A DNA stretch of 64,000 nucleotides, from assembly GCA_965250085.1 (NCBI GenBank), contig OZ252287.1, forward strand, positions 768,001 to 832,000. The letters run 5' to 3'. The DNA is from Candidatus Altimarinota bacterium (lineage in GTDB: Bacteria; Patescibacteriota; Gracilibacteria; CAIRYL01). Positions 1 through 10,906 of this stretch are shown piece by piece. Each line of letters starts with the position of its first letter. Positions within the stretch are counted from its first letter, which is position 1. Both the position numbers and the translations under genes were made by a program. The notes beneath the pieces were generated by a model. That model ran no database searches. It was given only the letters and a program-made list of their open reading frames with translations, and had not been told where the DNA came from.

Positions 1-2
1 GC

Positions 3-1545
3 ACTACTCAGTGTCAGGATGGTTTAGATAATGATCAAGATAGTGTCTCTGATGCTGCTGATCCGGGATGCTGGACTGATCCGAATGATTCTCAAACATA
101 CGATCCAACTGATAATGATGAGTCCGATGGCACTACTCAGTGTCAGGATGGTTTAGATAATGATCAAGATAGTGTCTCTGATGCTGCTGATCCGGGATGC
201 TGGACTGACCCGAATGATTCTCAAACATATGACCCAACTGATAACAATGAATCTGACGGGACGACTGAATGTCAGGATGGAATAGATAATGCAGATCAGG
301 ACGGAGTAGCGGATGCTGCTGATCCGGGGTGCTATGATAACCAAAATGTCTATCAGCCAACCGACAATGATGAATCTGATGGGACGACCGAATGTCAGGA
401 CACGAATGATAATGATCAGGATGGCGTCAGTGACTATCCGGCTGATCCGGGATGTTCTTCTCCGCAGGATGATGATGAATCCGACGGAACTACTGAATGT
501 CAGGACGGTATCGATAATGCAGATCAGGACGGAGTAGCAGATGCTGCTGATCCGGGGTGCTATGATAACCAAAATGTCTATCAGCCAACCGACAATGATG
601 AATCTGATGGGACGACACAGTGTCAGGATGGTGGTGATAATGACCAAGATAATCTCACTGATTATCCAGCCGATCCAGGATGTTCTTCACCTCAAGATGA
701 CAATGAATCTGATGGGACTACTGAATGTCAGGACGGTATTGATAACAGTGATCAAGATGGTGTAGCAGACGATGCTGACCCCGGATGCTGGACTGATCCA
801 CAAGATCCTCAAACATATGATCCTACTGATGATGATGAGTCTGATGGAACTACTCAGTGTCAGGATACTGGTGATAATGATCAAGATGGCGTCAGTGACT
901 ATCCGGCAGATCCAGGATGTTCCTCTCCGCAAGACAATGATGAGTCTGATGGGACTACTCAGTGCCAGGATGGGGATGATAATGATCAGGATAACCTTAC
1001 TGACTATCCAGATGATCCAGGATGTGACTCTCCGCAAGACAATGATGAGTCTGATGGGACTTCTCAGTGCCAAGACGGACTTGATAATGATCAAGACAGT
1101 GTCTCTGATGCCGATGATCCCGGTTGTTGGACTGATCCACAAGACCCTCAAACATATGACCCTACCGATGATGATGAGTCTGATGGAACCACTCAGTGTC
1201 AGGATACCTTTGATAATGATCAAGACAGTGTTTCAGATGCCGATGATCCCGGTTGTTGGACTGATCCACAAGACTCTCAAACATATGACCCTCTTGATAA
1301 TGATGAATCTGATGGAACTACTCAGTGTCAGGACACACAAGACAATGACAATGATCAGGTAGCAGATGCCGATGATCCCGGTTGTTGGACTGATCCACAA
1401 GACTCTCAAACATATGACCCTCTTGATAATGATGAATCTGATGGAACTACTCAGTGTCAGGATGGTGAAGACAATGATGATGATGGACTGACCGACTATC
1501 CAGATGATCCAGGATGTGATTCTCCAGGCGACGATGATGAACAAA
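3..1545 (+). repeat. About 13 intragenic tandem repeats CQDGxDNDxDxxxDxxDPGC in long and short variants
   Basis: Recurrent tgtcaggat/tgccaag starts spaced about 105-129 bp apart. Confidence 0.9.
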
Positions 1546-3392
1546 GTGGAGACATGGATTTTGGTGATGCTCCAGATGATGCCTACAGAACCCTTATGAG
1601 TAGCAATGGTGCAAAACACAGAATCGTTCCTGGATTTTACTTAGGAGCCAGTGTTGACCCCGAAGCCGATGGACAGCCAAGTGTAGGTGCAACAGGAGAT
1701 GATGCAGCGCACACCGATGATGAAGACGGAGTTGTGTTTAATGATCCTCTTATTCCCGGAGCAACTGTTTCTGTAGATGTGACGGCTTCCTCAAGTGGAT
1801 ATCTGGATGCATGGATGGACTTTAACTCTGATGGAGATTGGAATGATGAAGGGGAAAAAATATTCTCAAGCGAGGCTCTTGCGGGAGGAGTGAATAATCT
1901 GGAATTTACTATTCCTTTTTACGCATCTCTTGGTGACACGTATTCTCGTTTCCGATTCAGCTCATCAGGAGGACTGGCTTCATACAATCCAGTATTCACT
2001 GCTGCTATACAAATCGTAATACCAATAGACGAAGCTCCTGCTCCAGACGGAGAAGTGGAAGACTATATGGTGACCATTGTAGAAGACGATGGAGCACTTA
2101 TTATTACCAAAAGCGCTGATCCGAGTAGTCTTGTCACCGGACAGATAACCACCTACAAAGTCGTGGTTCAAAACACCCTTGCTACAAAAGAAAGCTTCGT
2201 TCTTTCTGATGTGCTCGAAGCCGGAACGAACGGAGGAACACTCACTCCTGATGGAGGAAGTGTCTCTACTACGTTCATCCCAGGCGGCTCTGGATCACTT
2301 TCCGGAAGCTATCCGACATTCTTTGTGGGTCTGGATCCGGAAGGAAGTGTCGAAATCACCTACGAGGCAACTGCCAGTAATGTGAATATTCCCTTCAATC
2401 AGAGTTCCAACTTTAAAAACACCGTAACTCTCTTTCCAGGAAAAGGAGGAGATGGCGACACTGCATATATTTCTGGTGATGGTGATGGAGACTATCCGAT
2501 GGCAATGACCACCGTAGTCGTCAGGGGTCCTGTCAAAAGCACTGGTGGTGGAGGTGGTGGAGGTGGCTCTACTGTATGCCGAGATGACAAAAGACCTGTC
2601 TTCTCAGACATCTCTCCAGCAAAACAAGCAGTTCTCAACGATTTAAACCAGGTTTCATTTGTGGCTAGTTCCAATACCGACGTTGGCAGTGCGTATATCA
2701 AAGTAAATACCGTACTGGTGGCGCACAATGTAGAAACGCTCGGTGACGGAAGTTATAGAATAACCGCTGATGTTTCTGGCATGAATCTCTCAGGGCAAGT
2801 ATTTATTGAGCTCTATGCTCTGTCTGAACCAAGATGCCAAAGAAATGCTGTGTACTATATGACAGTTGACCCAGATGCAGAAGAAGATAGCGAAGGTGTT
2901 CCTTTTCAAGAAGGACCAGGTGGGCTTCTCTTTTCAGATGATGAGGAGAACTGCTGGAGTGCAAACTTTGATTTAACAAGAGGCTGCGTCGCGGAAATGA
3001 TACTGGATAAATTTGGGGCGGACTATAGTGACCAAAGGGTTAAAAATTGCTATCCCGATGTCTCGACAGACCACCCTCGCAATCAGCCTATCTGTATGGC
3101 GAAAGAGTTGGATATTATGTGGGGATATGGAGATGGACTCTTCCGACCAGATAGAATTGTAACCAAGGCAGAAGCTGTAAAATCTCTCTACAAAGCCACT
3201 GATAGACGCTATGTTGCCGGATTACCTCTGGTGTGTGGAGACCTCATGACAGGTGCGTGGTATATTCCTTCGCAAAAGACTGGTATCTTTGACGGAGTCG
3301 TGATTCCTTCTGACCGAGAGATGTGCTACCCTGGTAAGATTCTTAGTCGTGGAGAATTCCTTGATCTGATAAATCTTTTCTTCGGAAGCTAA
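3..3392 (+). CDS. Large surface protein, 5' partial: Cys/Asp-rich repeats + GEVED domain + DUF11-like Ig domain + SLH-like C-terminus
   Basis: The frame of ORF 1554..3392 reads open from base 3 (TTQCQDGLDNDQDSVSDAADPGC...). Motifs DFGDAPD...DGEVEDY, LIITKSAD...TYKVVVQN and GYGDGLFRPDRIVTKAEA (SLH-like). Confidence 0.85.
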   Translation, partial: TTQCQDGLDNDQDSVSDAADPGCWTDPNDSQTYDPTDNDESDGTTQCQDGLDNDQDSVSDAADPGCWTDPNDSQTYDPTDNNESDGTTECQDGIDNADQDGVADAADPGCYDNQNVYQPTDNDESDGTTECQDTNDNDQDGVSDYPADPGCSSPQDDDESDGTTECQDGIDNADQDGVADAADPGCYDNQNVYQPTDNDESDGTTQCQDGGDNDQDNLTDYPADPGCSSPQDDNESDGTTECQDGIDNSDQDGVADDADPGCWTDPQDPQTYDPTDDDESDGTTQCQDTGDNDQDGVSDYPADPGCSSPQDNDESDGTTQCQDGDDNDQDNLTDYPDDPGCDSPQDNDESDGTSQCQDGLDNDQDSVSDADDPGCWTDPQDPQTYDPTDDDESDGTTQCQDTFDNDQDSVSDADDPGCWTDPQDSQTYDPLDNDESDGTTQCQDTQDNDNDQVADADDPGCWTDPQDSQTYDPLDNDESDGTTQCQDGEDNDDDGLTDYPDDPGCDSPGDDDEQSGDMDFGDAPDDAYRTLMSSNGAKHRIVPGFYLGASVDPEADGQPSVGATGDDAAHTDDEDGVVFNDPLIPGATVSVDVTASSSGYLDAWMDFNSDGDWNDEGEKIFSSEALAGGVNNLEFTIPFYASLGDTYSRFRFSSSGGLASYNPVFTAAIQIVIPIDEAPAPDGEVEDYMVTIVEDDGALIITKSADPSSLVTGQITTYKVVVQNTLATKESFVLSDVLEAGTNGGTLTPDGGSVSTTFIPGGSGSLSGSYPTFFVGLDPEGSVEITYEATASNVNIPFNQSSNFKNTVTLFPGKGGDGDTAYISGDGDGDYPMAMTTVVVRGPVKSTGGGGGGGGSTVCRDDKRPVFSDISPAKQAVLNDLNQVSFVASSNTDVGSAYIKVNTVLVAHNVETLGDGSYRITADVSGMNLSGQVFIELYALSEPRCQRNAVYYMTVDPDAEEDSEGVPFQEGPGGLLFSDDEENCWSANFDLTRGCVAEMILDKFGADYSDQRVKNCYPDVSTDHPRNQPICMAKELDIMWGYGDGLFRPDRIVTKAEAVKSLYKATDRRYVAGLPLVCGDLMTGAWYIPSQKTGIFDGVVIPSDREMCYPGKILSRGEFLDLINLFFGS

Positions 3393-3416
3393 GGAAAAAT
3401 AAACATCGGAAGCAAG

Positions 3417-3449
3417 AAGTCCTCTTGGAGATCCCAAGGGGGCTTTTTT
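3417..3449 (+). terminator. Intrinsic terminator
   Basis: AAGTCCTCTTGG/CCAAGGGGGCTT stem with 2 GU pairs, followed by a T-run. Confidence 0.6.
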
Positions 3450-3503
3450 GAATTGTTTTACCGCTTAAAAAAGAGTATAATGGACTGATATAATCATCTT
3501 GAA

Positions 3504-5255
3504 ATGAATACAAATACAAAATACACCCTTTGGGGAATCTGTGGTATATTCGCCACTTTTTTACTTCTGTTGGCACTTCCTGCATCCTTTGAGTGGAGCT
3601 CAGAAGAGCAAGAGGTCTTCTCTGCAGAAGACCGGAGTGCTCTTGAAGAATTAAATGAGCAGTTCGAAGTTACGAAAATCATCTCTCTCTCTCAAAACAG
3701 ACTTATTGGGGCCTCAAAAGAACTCCCCCTATATGCAAATGTTTTAACAGGGCTCAAAAAAGATGATGCTATTTCTCAAACAGAAATCCTTCTGCAGGCT
3801 ACAAATGGAGAGATTATGCTTTTGGAAAGTACCGCAAAAAATAAACAGGAGCAGATGATTGCTGCTTATTCAAATCTCCCCAGCATTACTGTTGCAGAAG
3901 AAAATATGAATGGATCTCTTTTTGCTTTTGACCAGCGAAAAGATGCCTCTAGTGAAAGCTTGCATTCTCCAGTGAGTTCGCCAACTTCTGAATCTCCAAT
4001 AGTTATTGCCGTCATTGATAGTGGAATTGATACAACGCATCCTGCCTTTTCTTCAGCCATGTGGAAAAACTCTCATGAATATAGTGGTTCTAGCAGTACA
4101 GATGATGACAGAAATAGTTTTGTAGATGATCGTCATGGTTGGAATTTTGCCGGAAATAATACCAATATCAGTGACGAAATAGGTCATGGAACCCACATTG
4201 CCGGTATTATTGCCGGTCAAAAAACACATCTGTCGCATGCACAAGGTGTGGCGTCTGATAGTGCAGATCTTATGATTCTCAAAATTACAGATAGGACAGG
4301 AATCCTCAAGCTTTCAAGTGTGATTAGCGCATTGAGTTACGCGCATGGGAAAAATGCAGACATCGTCAACATGAGTCTCGGATTCCCTCAGGAATCCGCG
4401 ATTTTAAAAGGAGTTCTTCAAAAAATGAACTCCGATGGCATTGTGCTCATAGCGGCTGCTGGAAATAGTACCAGTAGCACCAAGCAGTATCCTGCAGGAT
4501 ATCCCGAAACATTAGCAGTAGGAGCGTCAAATGTGTCTGGAGGAGGCTTGTGGAAAACATCAAATTTTGGAGACTGGGTAGACGTCTTTGCTCCTGCAAA
4601 ACTTGAAAGTGCTTTGCCAGGAGGAAAATATGGAAGCAAGAGTGGCACATCCCAAGCTGCCGCTTTTGTAACAGGATTTTATGCATATTATAAAAATCAG
4701 TTTCCTGAAAAAACACCTGAAGAAACAAGGAGAGCTCTTACCAAATATATGAATCAATTTTATAAAGGGTATGCAAGTTCTGACCTCCCTTCTCTTGCAC
4801 AGAACTCATGGATACATGAGTCCATAAATATGCTCAAAAATAATTCACTTCCAACGCTGGCAGACACCCTTCGTCTGAATCTTTCGAAACGAGTTACTTT
4901 TGAAGAAACTCAGGCTTTTCTTATCGAATTTTTTGGAAAACAAGCCCCTCTCCAAAAAATACTAGAAACGAAAGAGATCGTCTCTGCTCCTGACAGCATT
5001 GCTCCTCATGAGCTCTTGAGTAAAAAATACACAGCATCGCTCTTTGGTGAAAAAGAGAGCAGTTCCTCATCATCAAGTCTTACTCCCACTCGACTTGTAA
5101 AATCATATGAAGCTATTGCTCTGATGAGACGAGTCCAAACAGACGTTGGAGGATATGAGTCTCTTAAGTCATTCCCCCTTCGCACTGGCGTAGATCATCT
5201 GAAGTATATTTCGAGACAAGAGTTCCTGGAGCTTGCATTCCAAATCTTGGAATAG
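3504..5255 (+). CDS. S8 subtilisin-family serine peptidase with N-terminal membrane anchor
   Basis: Catalytic motifs VIDSG, GHGTHIAG, AAGN, SGTSQAA. Confidence 0.92.
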   Translation: MNTNTKYTLWGICGIFATFLLLLALPASFEWSSEEQEVFSAEDRSALEELNEQFEVTKIISLSQNRLIGASKELPLYANVLTGLKKDDAISQTEILLQATNGEIMLLESTAKNKQEQMIAAYSNLPSITVAEENMNGSLFAFDQRKDASSESLHSPVSSPTSESPIVIAVIDSGIDTTHPAFSSAMWKNSHEYSGSSSTDDDRNSFVDDRHGWNFAGNNTNISDEIGHGTHIAGIIAGQKTHLSHAQGVASDSADLMILKITDRTGILKLSSVISALSYAHGKNADIVNMSLGFPQESAILKGVLQKMNSDGIVLIAAAGNSTSSTKQYPAGYPETLAVGASNVSGGGLWKTSNFGDWVDVFAPAKLESALPGGKYGSKSGTSQAAAFVTGFYAYYKNQFPEKTPEETRRALTKYMNQFYKGYASSDLPSLAQNSWIHESINMLKNNSLPTLADTLRLNLSKRVTFEETQAFLIEFFGKQAPLQKILETKEIVSAPDSIAPHELLSKKYTASLFGEKESSSSSSSLTPTRLVKSYEAIALMRRVQTDVGGYESLKSFPLRTGVDHLKYISRQEFLELAFQILE

Positions 5256-5326
5256 CATTTCTAATAATATTCAGGATATCCCGTTTGTTCGCGTGATTGA
5301 CCTTGTCTGTAGTGCACTGAGTACGG

Positions 5327-6010
5327 CTAGCAGCTACTACATTTTATGATAGGTCGGTGTGGCTTGTGTATAAACATGGCGAGAAGAAATCCACTGATAA
5401 GAAAAATAATTCCTTCTGTAGAAACAGGAATATATTCCGTGAGATGTTCTCCAGCAAAAAATGCCAACATCCACACGAAAGCGATGATTCCTATGCTTAT
5501 TCCTTTGGCTCTGGTCGTTGTGAAGTAGTTTGAAAGAATAATGGTAATCAGAATATCCACAAGAAAATGAGCTGCAAAAGCAATGAATCCCAGAATATTA
5601 ATTACTTCCCCAGAAAAAGCATTTTGAAAGAGTATGTTCCTCACTCCTGCTTCTGGAAAAAAATGAAGGCAAAAAGCAGCACTTGCTAAAATATGCGGAG
5701 TGCTCAGTTCTGTGTGACAATGCTCATGTGTACATGGAACCCATTTTTTGAGTATAGGAAGACTCCAGAGCCAAGCAAAGAGCAGCAGAAAAGCTATTCC
5801 ACTTAAAAATTCAATGCTCAAAACAAATTCTAAGATGTCAGAAACGCTCCAACTCAATTCTGTCAAACTTTCTTGGTGATCTTGATGACCATGTCCTGTT
5901 TTCCAAAGCACCATAAATCCATGTCCCGTGAGATGAATAACCAAAAAAACGAAAGCTGGAAGTGCGATTATTTCCAAATAGTACCGAAGAGTGGGAAGTG
6001 ATGTACGCAT
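5327..6010 (-). CDS. His-rich integral membrane protein
   Basis: Several hydrophobic helices with His/Cys clusters (GHGHQDH, CTHEHCH). Start chosen at MRTSLP. Confidence 0.65.
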   Translation of the reverse strand: MRTSLPTLRYYLEIIALPAFVFLVIHLTGHGFMVLWKTGHGHQDHQESLTELSWSVSDILEFVLSIEFLSGIAFLLLFAWLWSLPILKKWVPCTHEHCHTELSTPHILASAAFCLHFFPEAGVRNILFQNAFSGEVINILGFIAFAAHFLVDILITIILSNYFTTTRAKGISIGIIAFVWMLAFFAGEHLTEYIPVSTEGIIFLISGFLLAMFIHKPHRPIIKCSSC

Positions 6011-6086
6011 AGTATGTGAGAAGAAAAAAACTTTCTTCAGTATGGATTTTACTATGATTTGCAACGAACGAGTAAAGCAAATTAAC

Positions 6087-6161
6087 TGGAGCCACCTTCG
6101 AGATTTGAACTCGAGACCCCTCCCTTACCATGGGAGTGCTCTACCACTGAGCTAAGGTGGC
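6087..6161 (-). tRNA. tRNA-Thr(GGT)
   Basis: GCCACCTTAGCTCAGTGGTAGAGCACTCCCATGGTAAGGGAG...GTTCAAATC...GGTGGCTCCA cloverleaf with encoded CCA. Confidence 0.97.
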
Positions 6162-6358
6162 GCGGATAGTTTGTAGAGTCCAAAGCTATACAGTTAAACC
6201 TCCGAACATTTTGCCGAGCAATTGTAAGTTTTTCACTATAAATTGTAAATTTATTTTCTAACTTTATCCTTGCTCTTGAGATAAGATTTACATATAATTC
6301 CTGCCGCTTTCTAGTCACTTTTGACTTTCTACTTTATACACTTTACAAACTCAGTTCC

Positions 6359-6538
6359 ATGGCTGTTCCAAAGAAAAAAACGGCACGATCGCGATCAAAG
6401 GTGCGATACCAAGCATATGTTCAAAAACAACAAAAAAAAATGTTCGACTTTATTGAAAAAGCAAAGAGAAACGAACGCGGCGCCAAAAAAGCGAAAACTG
6501 TATCTTCTTCTCAAGAGGTAACAAAAATTGAGGCTTAG
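6359..6538 (+). CDS. rpmF: 50S ribosomal protein L32 (no Zn-binding Cys)
   Basis: Hand translation MAVPKKKTARSRSKVR... (59 aa, absent from the ORF track), directly upstream of nusB-rnc. Confidence 0.85.
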   Translation: MAVPKKKTARSRSKVRYQAYVQKQQKKMFDFIEKAKRNERGAKKAKTVSSSQEVTKIEA

Positions 6539-6611
6539 TTGTCGTGGAGGTCTCTATAGAGACGATGATATACTTGCGCGCGCTGAGAGCAAGATCTTTA
6601 CCATAGGAACA

Positions 6612-7049
6612 ATGGCAAAATACAGACGTATTTCCCGGAAAACAGCCCTTCAAACACTTACGGCTCTTTTATTAAGAGGCGAAGAAGACTCACAAACAAC
6701 ACAAGAGGTATTTGAATACATAAAGCAAGAGTTTTCCCCAGAACTCGGAGATCAATATGAGTTTGCTCTCTCTTTGGTTATGGGCGTTGTCCAACACAGA
6801 CTTGAGCTGGATGATCTTATTACTGAGAGAGCTCCAGAATGGCCCTTAGAAAAACTTTCTCCTGTTGAAAGAGTTATTCTTGAACTTGGATCATATGAAC
6901 TCCTCTTTGAAAAAGAGACTCCCCTTGCTGTTATTATTAACGAATGGGTAGACTTAGCAAAAGAATTTGGAGATGAAACAGCGGGGAAATTTACAAATGG
7001 GGTGCTGTCAGCCATTGGGAATGACGCCAGGCCTCAGGAAAAAAAATAA
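6612..7049 (+). CDS. nusB: Transcription antitermination factor NusB
   Basis: RRISRKTALQ, VIINEWVDLAKEFG, FTNGVL. Confidence 0.93.
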   Translation: MAKYRRISRKTALQTLTALLLRGEEDSQTTQEVFEYIKQEFSPELGDQYEFALSLVMGVVQHRLELDDLITERAPEWPLEKLSPVERVILELGSYELLFEKETPLAVIINEWVDLAKEFGDETAGKFTNGVLSAIGNDARPQEKK

Positions 7050-7057
7050 TTGTACTT

Positions 7058-7774
7058 ATGAAACAAAAGCTCGAATCATTGCTTGGCCTCTCTCTTCAAA
7101 ATATATCTCTGTATGAACAGGCTTTTACTCATAAATCATTTTTGAATGAAAACGCCAATGCGCGCTCCAATGAACGCCTTGAGTTTTTGGGCGATGCAGT
7201 ACTAGAACTGGCAATCACTAAGTTTTTGTACCAAGAATACCCAGAAAAACCTGAGGGAGAACTTACGAGCTATCGGAGCGCATTGGTGCAGGGAAAGCAT
7301 CTTGCTGAGGTTGCAAAGGATCTGCAACTCGGAGAATTTCTTACACTTTCACGAGGAGAAGAAAAATCAGGAGGAAGAGAAAAAAACTATATTCTCGCCA
7401 ATACATTTGAAGCTGTCTTGGGAGCTATCTATCTTGACCTTGGTTTTCAAATTGCCGAAAATTTTATTCTTTCATACGTTGCTCCACGCCTTACAGACTT
7501 GGTAGAGCAGGGGCTTCATAAAGATGCAAAATCTCAATTCCAAGAATATACTCAAGAAACAATGGGGATAACTCCTCACTATGACCTTATCACAGCAAAA
7601 GGGCCAGACCACGAAAAAGAATTCATCATGGCCGCATTTTTAGAAGAGAAGCAAGTGGCTCAAGGTTCCGGATCAAGCAAGCAGAAGGCGGAGCTTGAAG
7701 CTGCAAAAAATGCTCTTAAAAAATATGAAAACGAGATTTCATCATGTGAAAATCAAAACAAGCCGAAATGTTAA
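7058..7774 (+). CDS. rnc: Ribonuclease III
   Basis: NERLEFLGDAVL signature and C-terminal dsRBD. Confidence 0.97.
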   Translation: MKQKLESLLGLSLQNISLYEQAFTHKSFLNENANARSNERLEFLGDAVLELAITKFLYQEYPEKPEGELTSYRSALVQGKHLAEVAKDLQLGEFLTLSRGEEKSGGREKNYILANTFEAVLGAIYLDLGFQIAENFILSYVAPRLTDLVEQGLHKDAKSQFQEYTQETMGITPHYDLITAKGPDHEKEFIMAAFLEEKQVAQGSGSSKQKAELEAAKNALKKYENEISSCENQNKPKC

Positions 7775-8686
7775 AATAATTGTAAGAACGATCGCAATGA
7801 TAAAGAGAAAGAAAAATATTTCTTTCAAAAGAGAAAATGTTGGCAGAGATCCCTCTTTGAGTTGATATCGTTCTCTTACAGTACAGAGGAAAAAACGTAT
7901 GGTCGCATTAAATATCCGACCTGCTCGTACAGGATTCCGAAGAAGCCGATATACCCATTCCAGACCCGATGTTTGCATCCATTGAGGTGCTCTTTTCTGT
8001 CTTCCAGTAAGAAAATCAAAGGCCCCTCCTACTCCCATTGCAAACCGAATGTTTGGCATTGCGCTAATATTACGCGCAATCCAAAGTTCTTGCTTTGGTG
8101 ATCCAAGTGCAACAAAAAGAGCTACTGCTCCAGAGTCATTTACTTTCTGTACAAGATTGCTATCAAATTCTTGTTCCACAAAATTGTCATAAAAACCAAC
8201 AACATTTGAAAATTGATTCGCAATTTCTTCAGCGGCTCCCTCTTTGCCTCCTAGGAGAAATACCTTTGATTGTGAAGTCGCAAGAAATTGTCCAAAAATA
8301 TCAACTCCAGTAACACGACGTTTTATTTCCCTCGTATAGTTTTTACGATCAAATGCAAATCGAAAGAGAGAGAGAATTCCGAGAATAAAATTTTCAAATG
8401 TGAGTTTCTTTTTCAGAGAGGTTTCAATACCTACTTTGTCTAAAGAAAGAAATCCAGACGCCCATAAAATGCCTGTGCCATCTGCCAAAGAGAGATTAGA
8501 TTTTCTTAGAATGGATAAAAATTTGGCATTATGAAGTGATTGAACTATCATTTCAGGATTTGGGGTAGTACAAATATACTGCTCTCCTTGTGGCAGCTGT
8601 GAATAATAATGAAGTTTGAGCAATGCTTGGGAAGGGCTCACCGTGTCAAATGGAACGCCGAGTACAAAAATACGTCTGGTTTCCAA
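7742..8686 (-). CDS. WecB/TagA/CpsF-family glycosyltransferase
   Basis: TPNPE, ADGTGI, LGSPKQE, GVGGAFDF, RAPQWMQ..GLEW. Confidence 0.92.
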   Translation of the reverse strand: METRRIFVLGVPFDTVSPSQALLKLHYYSQLPQGEQYICTTPNPEMIVQSLHNAKFLSILRKSNLSLADGTGILWASGFLSLDKVGIETSLKKKLTFENFILGILSLFRFAFDRKNYTREIKRRVTGVDIFGQFLATSQSKVFLLGGKEGAAEEIANQFSNVVGFYDNFVEQEFDSNLVQKVNDSGAVALFVALGSPKQELWIARNISAMPNIRFAMGVGGAFDFLTGRQKRAPQWMQTSGLEWVYRLLRNPVRAGRIFNATIRFFLCTVRERYQLKEGSLPTFSLLKEIFFFLFIIAIVLTIILTFRLVLIFT

Positions 8687-8774
8687 TGGAATTCAGAAAA
8701 ACAGGAATAGTATACGAAATTTTCTTATTCTTTTCTCTGGAAAAAGCTTGAAAATATTTTTAAATCTTAATCTT

Positions 8775-9485
8775 TTAAGAAGATTTTTGTGCTCGCAGGC
8801 AAATATTTTTACATCCAGAGATGTTTCCTTTGAACCCATTATGAGACCCCCAGTACTCGAGAATTTCAAAATGAGTGCTGCAAAGTAGCTTTTGGAGATG
8901 TTGAATATCAAATGAGTGATAATATCTCATTTTCTTATTTTTTCCCCAAGGAATAAGAAAATCTCTTTTTTTCCACCATGGGAGAAAACATGATCTCCAG
9001 AAAGCTTTTTTCTTTTGAATGACGTATTTTTTTTGATCCCACAGGTTCCAAACGGTGAGAACAAATTTTCCTCCTGGTTTTAAAATACGATGTATTTGCT
9101 GGAGTGTTTTTTTTCGTGCTGAAGCATTTGGTGCGTGATGAAATGCCGCGATGCACCAAACCTCGTCAAAACTTTGATCAGGAAAAGGCAGATCTAAAAA
9201 ATCAGCTTTGTAAAAAATGGTCTTTGGATGTTTTTTCTGAGCCAAATAAAGCAATCTTTCTGAAATATCTACTCCATGTATTTCACAATTTTTTTGCTTA
9301 AACATCTGCACAAGTCGACCATTTCCACATCCCAAATCGAGTATTTTAGATGCAGTAGGGGTGTCTTTGAACAGGAGTGAGAGCTCCCCCCAAGGATATT
9401 GACGCGTCGTATCAAACTCGTCGGCAATTTCATCATAGATTGATTCGAGTGCTTGGGCTGCCTGTCGTGGAGTCCAAAAAAACAT
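8775..9485 (-). CDS. Class I SAM-dependent methyltransferase
   Basis: ILDLGCGNGR, CIAAFHH, RILKPGG. Confidence 0.88.
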   Translation of the reverse strand: MFFWTPRQAAQALESIYDEIADEFDTTRQYPWGELSLLFKDTPTASKILDLGCGNGRLVQMFKQKNCEIHGVDISERLLYLAQKKHPKTIFYKADFLDLPFPDQSFDEVWCIAAFHHAPNASARKKTLQQIHRILKPGGKFVLTVWNLWDQKKYVIQKKKAFWRSCFLPWWKKRDFLIPWGKNKKMRYYHSFDIQHLQKLLCSTHFEILEYWGSHNGFKGNISGCKNICLRAQKSS

Positions 9486-9550
9486 ACAAAAACTGAGATA
9501 TTTTTAAATAACAACATGTTCTTCTGGTTCTTCATTTTTTAATTGTTGCC

Positions 9551-10876
9551 CTATTCTCCCAGTTCATACAGATCTATATTATCCTTCCCCACAAGTTTTA
9601 CTACTTTTTCTACTACTTTTGCCATTGGTATTACTTCTTGTGTTCCTTTGACCATATTACGAAGGATAGCAGTCCCTTCGCGAACTTCCACTTCCCCCAG
9701 AAGTATCGCCCAAGGTGCTCCAAATTTGTTTGCAATAGAGAGTTGATAGCTCATAGATGCTTTTCCCATGGCTCCTCGCGCATGTATTCCTTTGTCGTGA
9801 AGTTCGGCAAGTATTTTCATCGCTTTCTTTTTTGCCTCCCCCCCCAACTGAGCAACATATACATATATTTTGTCTTTTTCTGGAGGAGTTATGTGCTCTT
9901 CTTTCAAATGAGCCACAATACGCTCAAGGCCAAATGCGGCACCTACTGCCGGAGTAGGTCGTCCACCAAGAAGCTCGACAAGCCCGTCATAGCGTCCTCC
10001 TCCTCCAACAGCGTTCTGAGCTCCTTCATGCTTATCCCAAAATTCAAATACTGTATCTGTATAATAATCTAATCCGCGAACAAGAGTTTTATTTTCTACA
10101 TAGGAAACTTCTAGTTCATCCAAAAATTCTTTCACTTCTTGATAGTATTTCTCAGAGACATCATCTAGGAAATCTTCAAGCTTGGGTGCCAAAGAAACAA
10201 GTATTTGGACATCCTCATTCTTGGAATCAAGGATTCTCATTGGATTTGACTCAAGCCTACTGAGTTCTTCTTCTGGTAAATGTCTTTTTTTATCATAGAA
10301 ATAATTTTTAAGCGCTTCATTATAGGCTTTTCTCACTTCCAATGTTCCAATCGTATTGATCTGAAGTGTAAAATGATGACCAATTTTAAGATCATTTAAT
10401 ATGACCTGACACAGGTGTATAACCTGTGCATCTATAGATGAATCACGGGATCCAATAACTTCAAAATCAAGTTGATGAAATTGACGATACCTCCCTTTTT
10501 GGGGTCTGTCATACCGGAAATGTGGCTCAATAGCATAGAGTTGTACCGGCTGAGGCAGATTGACCATACCGTGTTCAATATAGGCTCTCACAATTCCAGC
10601 TGTTGATTCGGGCTTGAGTGTCATAGATTTTCCAGATCTGCTTTCCATAGAAAACATTTCTTTTTGCACAATGTCTGTGGCATGTCCAATTCCTCTGGTA
10701 AATACATTTGTATCCTCCATAACAGGAGTTGTGATACGGCGAAAGCCCGCTTGTCTCAATCGATGTCTCGCTACTTTTTTTATGAGAGTAGAATAGTCAT
10801 ATTCATCAGGAAGAATATCCTGAAATCCTCGAAGTGTCTGAAATTGCTGCTTCTTTGAAGCCGTGTCTTCTTTCAT
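9551..10876 (-). CDS. hisS: Histidine--tRNA ligase
   Basis: RYDRPQKGRYRQFHQ, LVRGLDYY, GGGRYDGL. Confidence 0.97.
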   Translation of the reverse strand: MKEDTASKKQQFQTLRGFQDILPDEYDYSTLIKKVARHRLRQAGFRRITTPVMEDTNVFTRGIGHATDIVQKEMFSMESRSGKSMTLKPESTAGIVRAYIEHGMVNLPQPVQLYAIEPHFRYDRPQKGRYRQFHQLDFEVIGSRDSSIDAQVIHLCQVILNDLKIGHHFTLQINTIGTLEVRKAYNEALKNYFYDKKRHLPEEELSRLESNPMRILDSKNEDVQILVSLAPKLEDFLDDVSEKYYQEVKEFLDELEVSYVENKTLVRGLDYYTDTVFEFWDKHEGAQNAVGGGGRYDGLVELLGGRPTPAVGAAFGLERIVAHLKEEHITPPEKDKIYVYVAQLGGEAKKKAMKILAELHDKGIHARGAMGKASMSYQLSIANKFGAPWAILLGEVEVREGTAILRNMVKGTQEVIPMAKVVEKVVKLVGKDNIDLYELGE

Positions 10877-10906
10877 GAGAAAAAACGAAATAAAAAGTTC
10901 CAAAAC

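Noticed and set aside
133-1619. Many Met/Ile-rich ORFs on both strands
   Set aside because: Shadow frames of the GAT-rich repeat region of the surface-protein gene.
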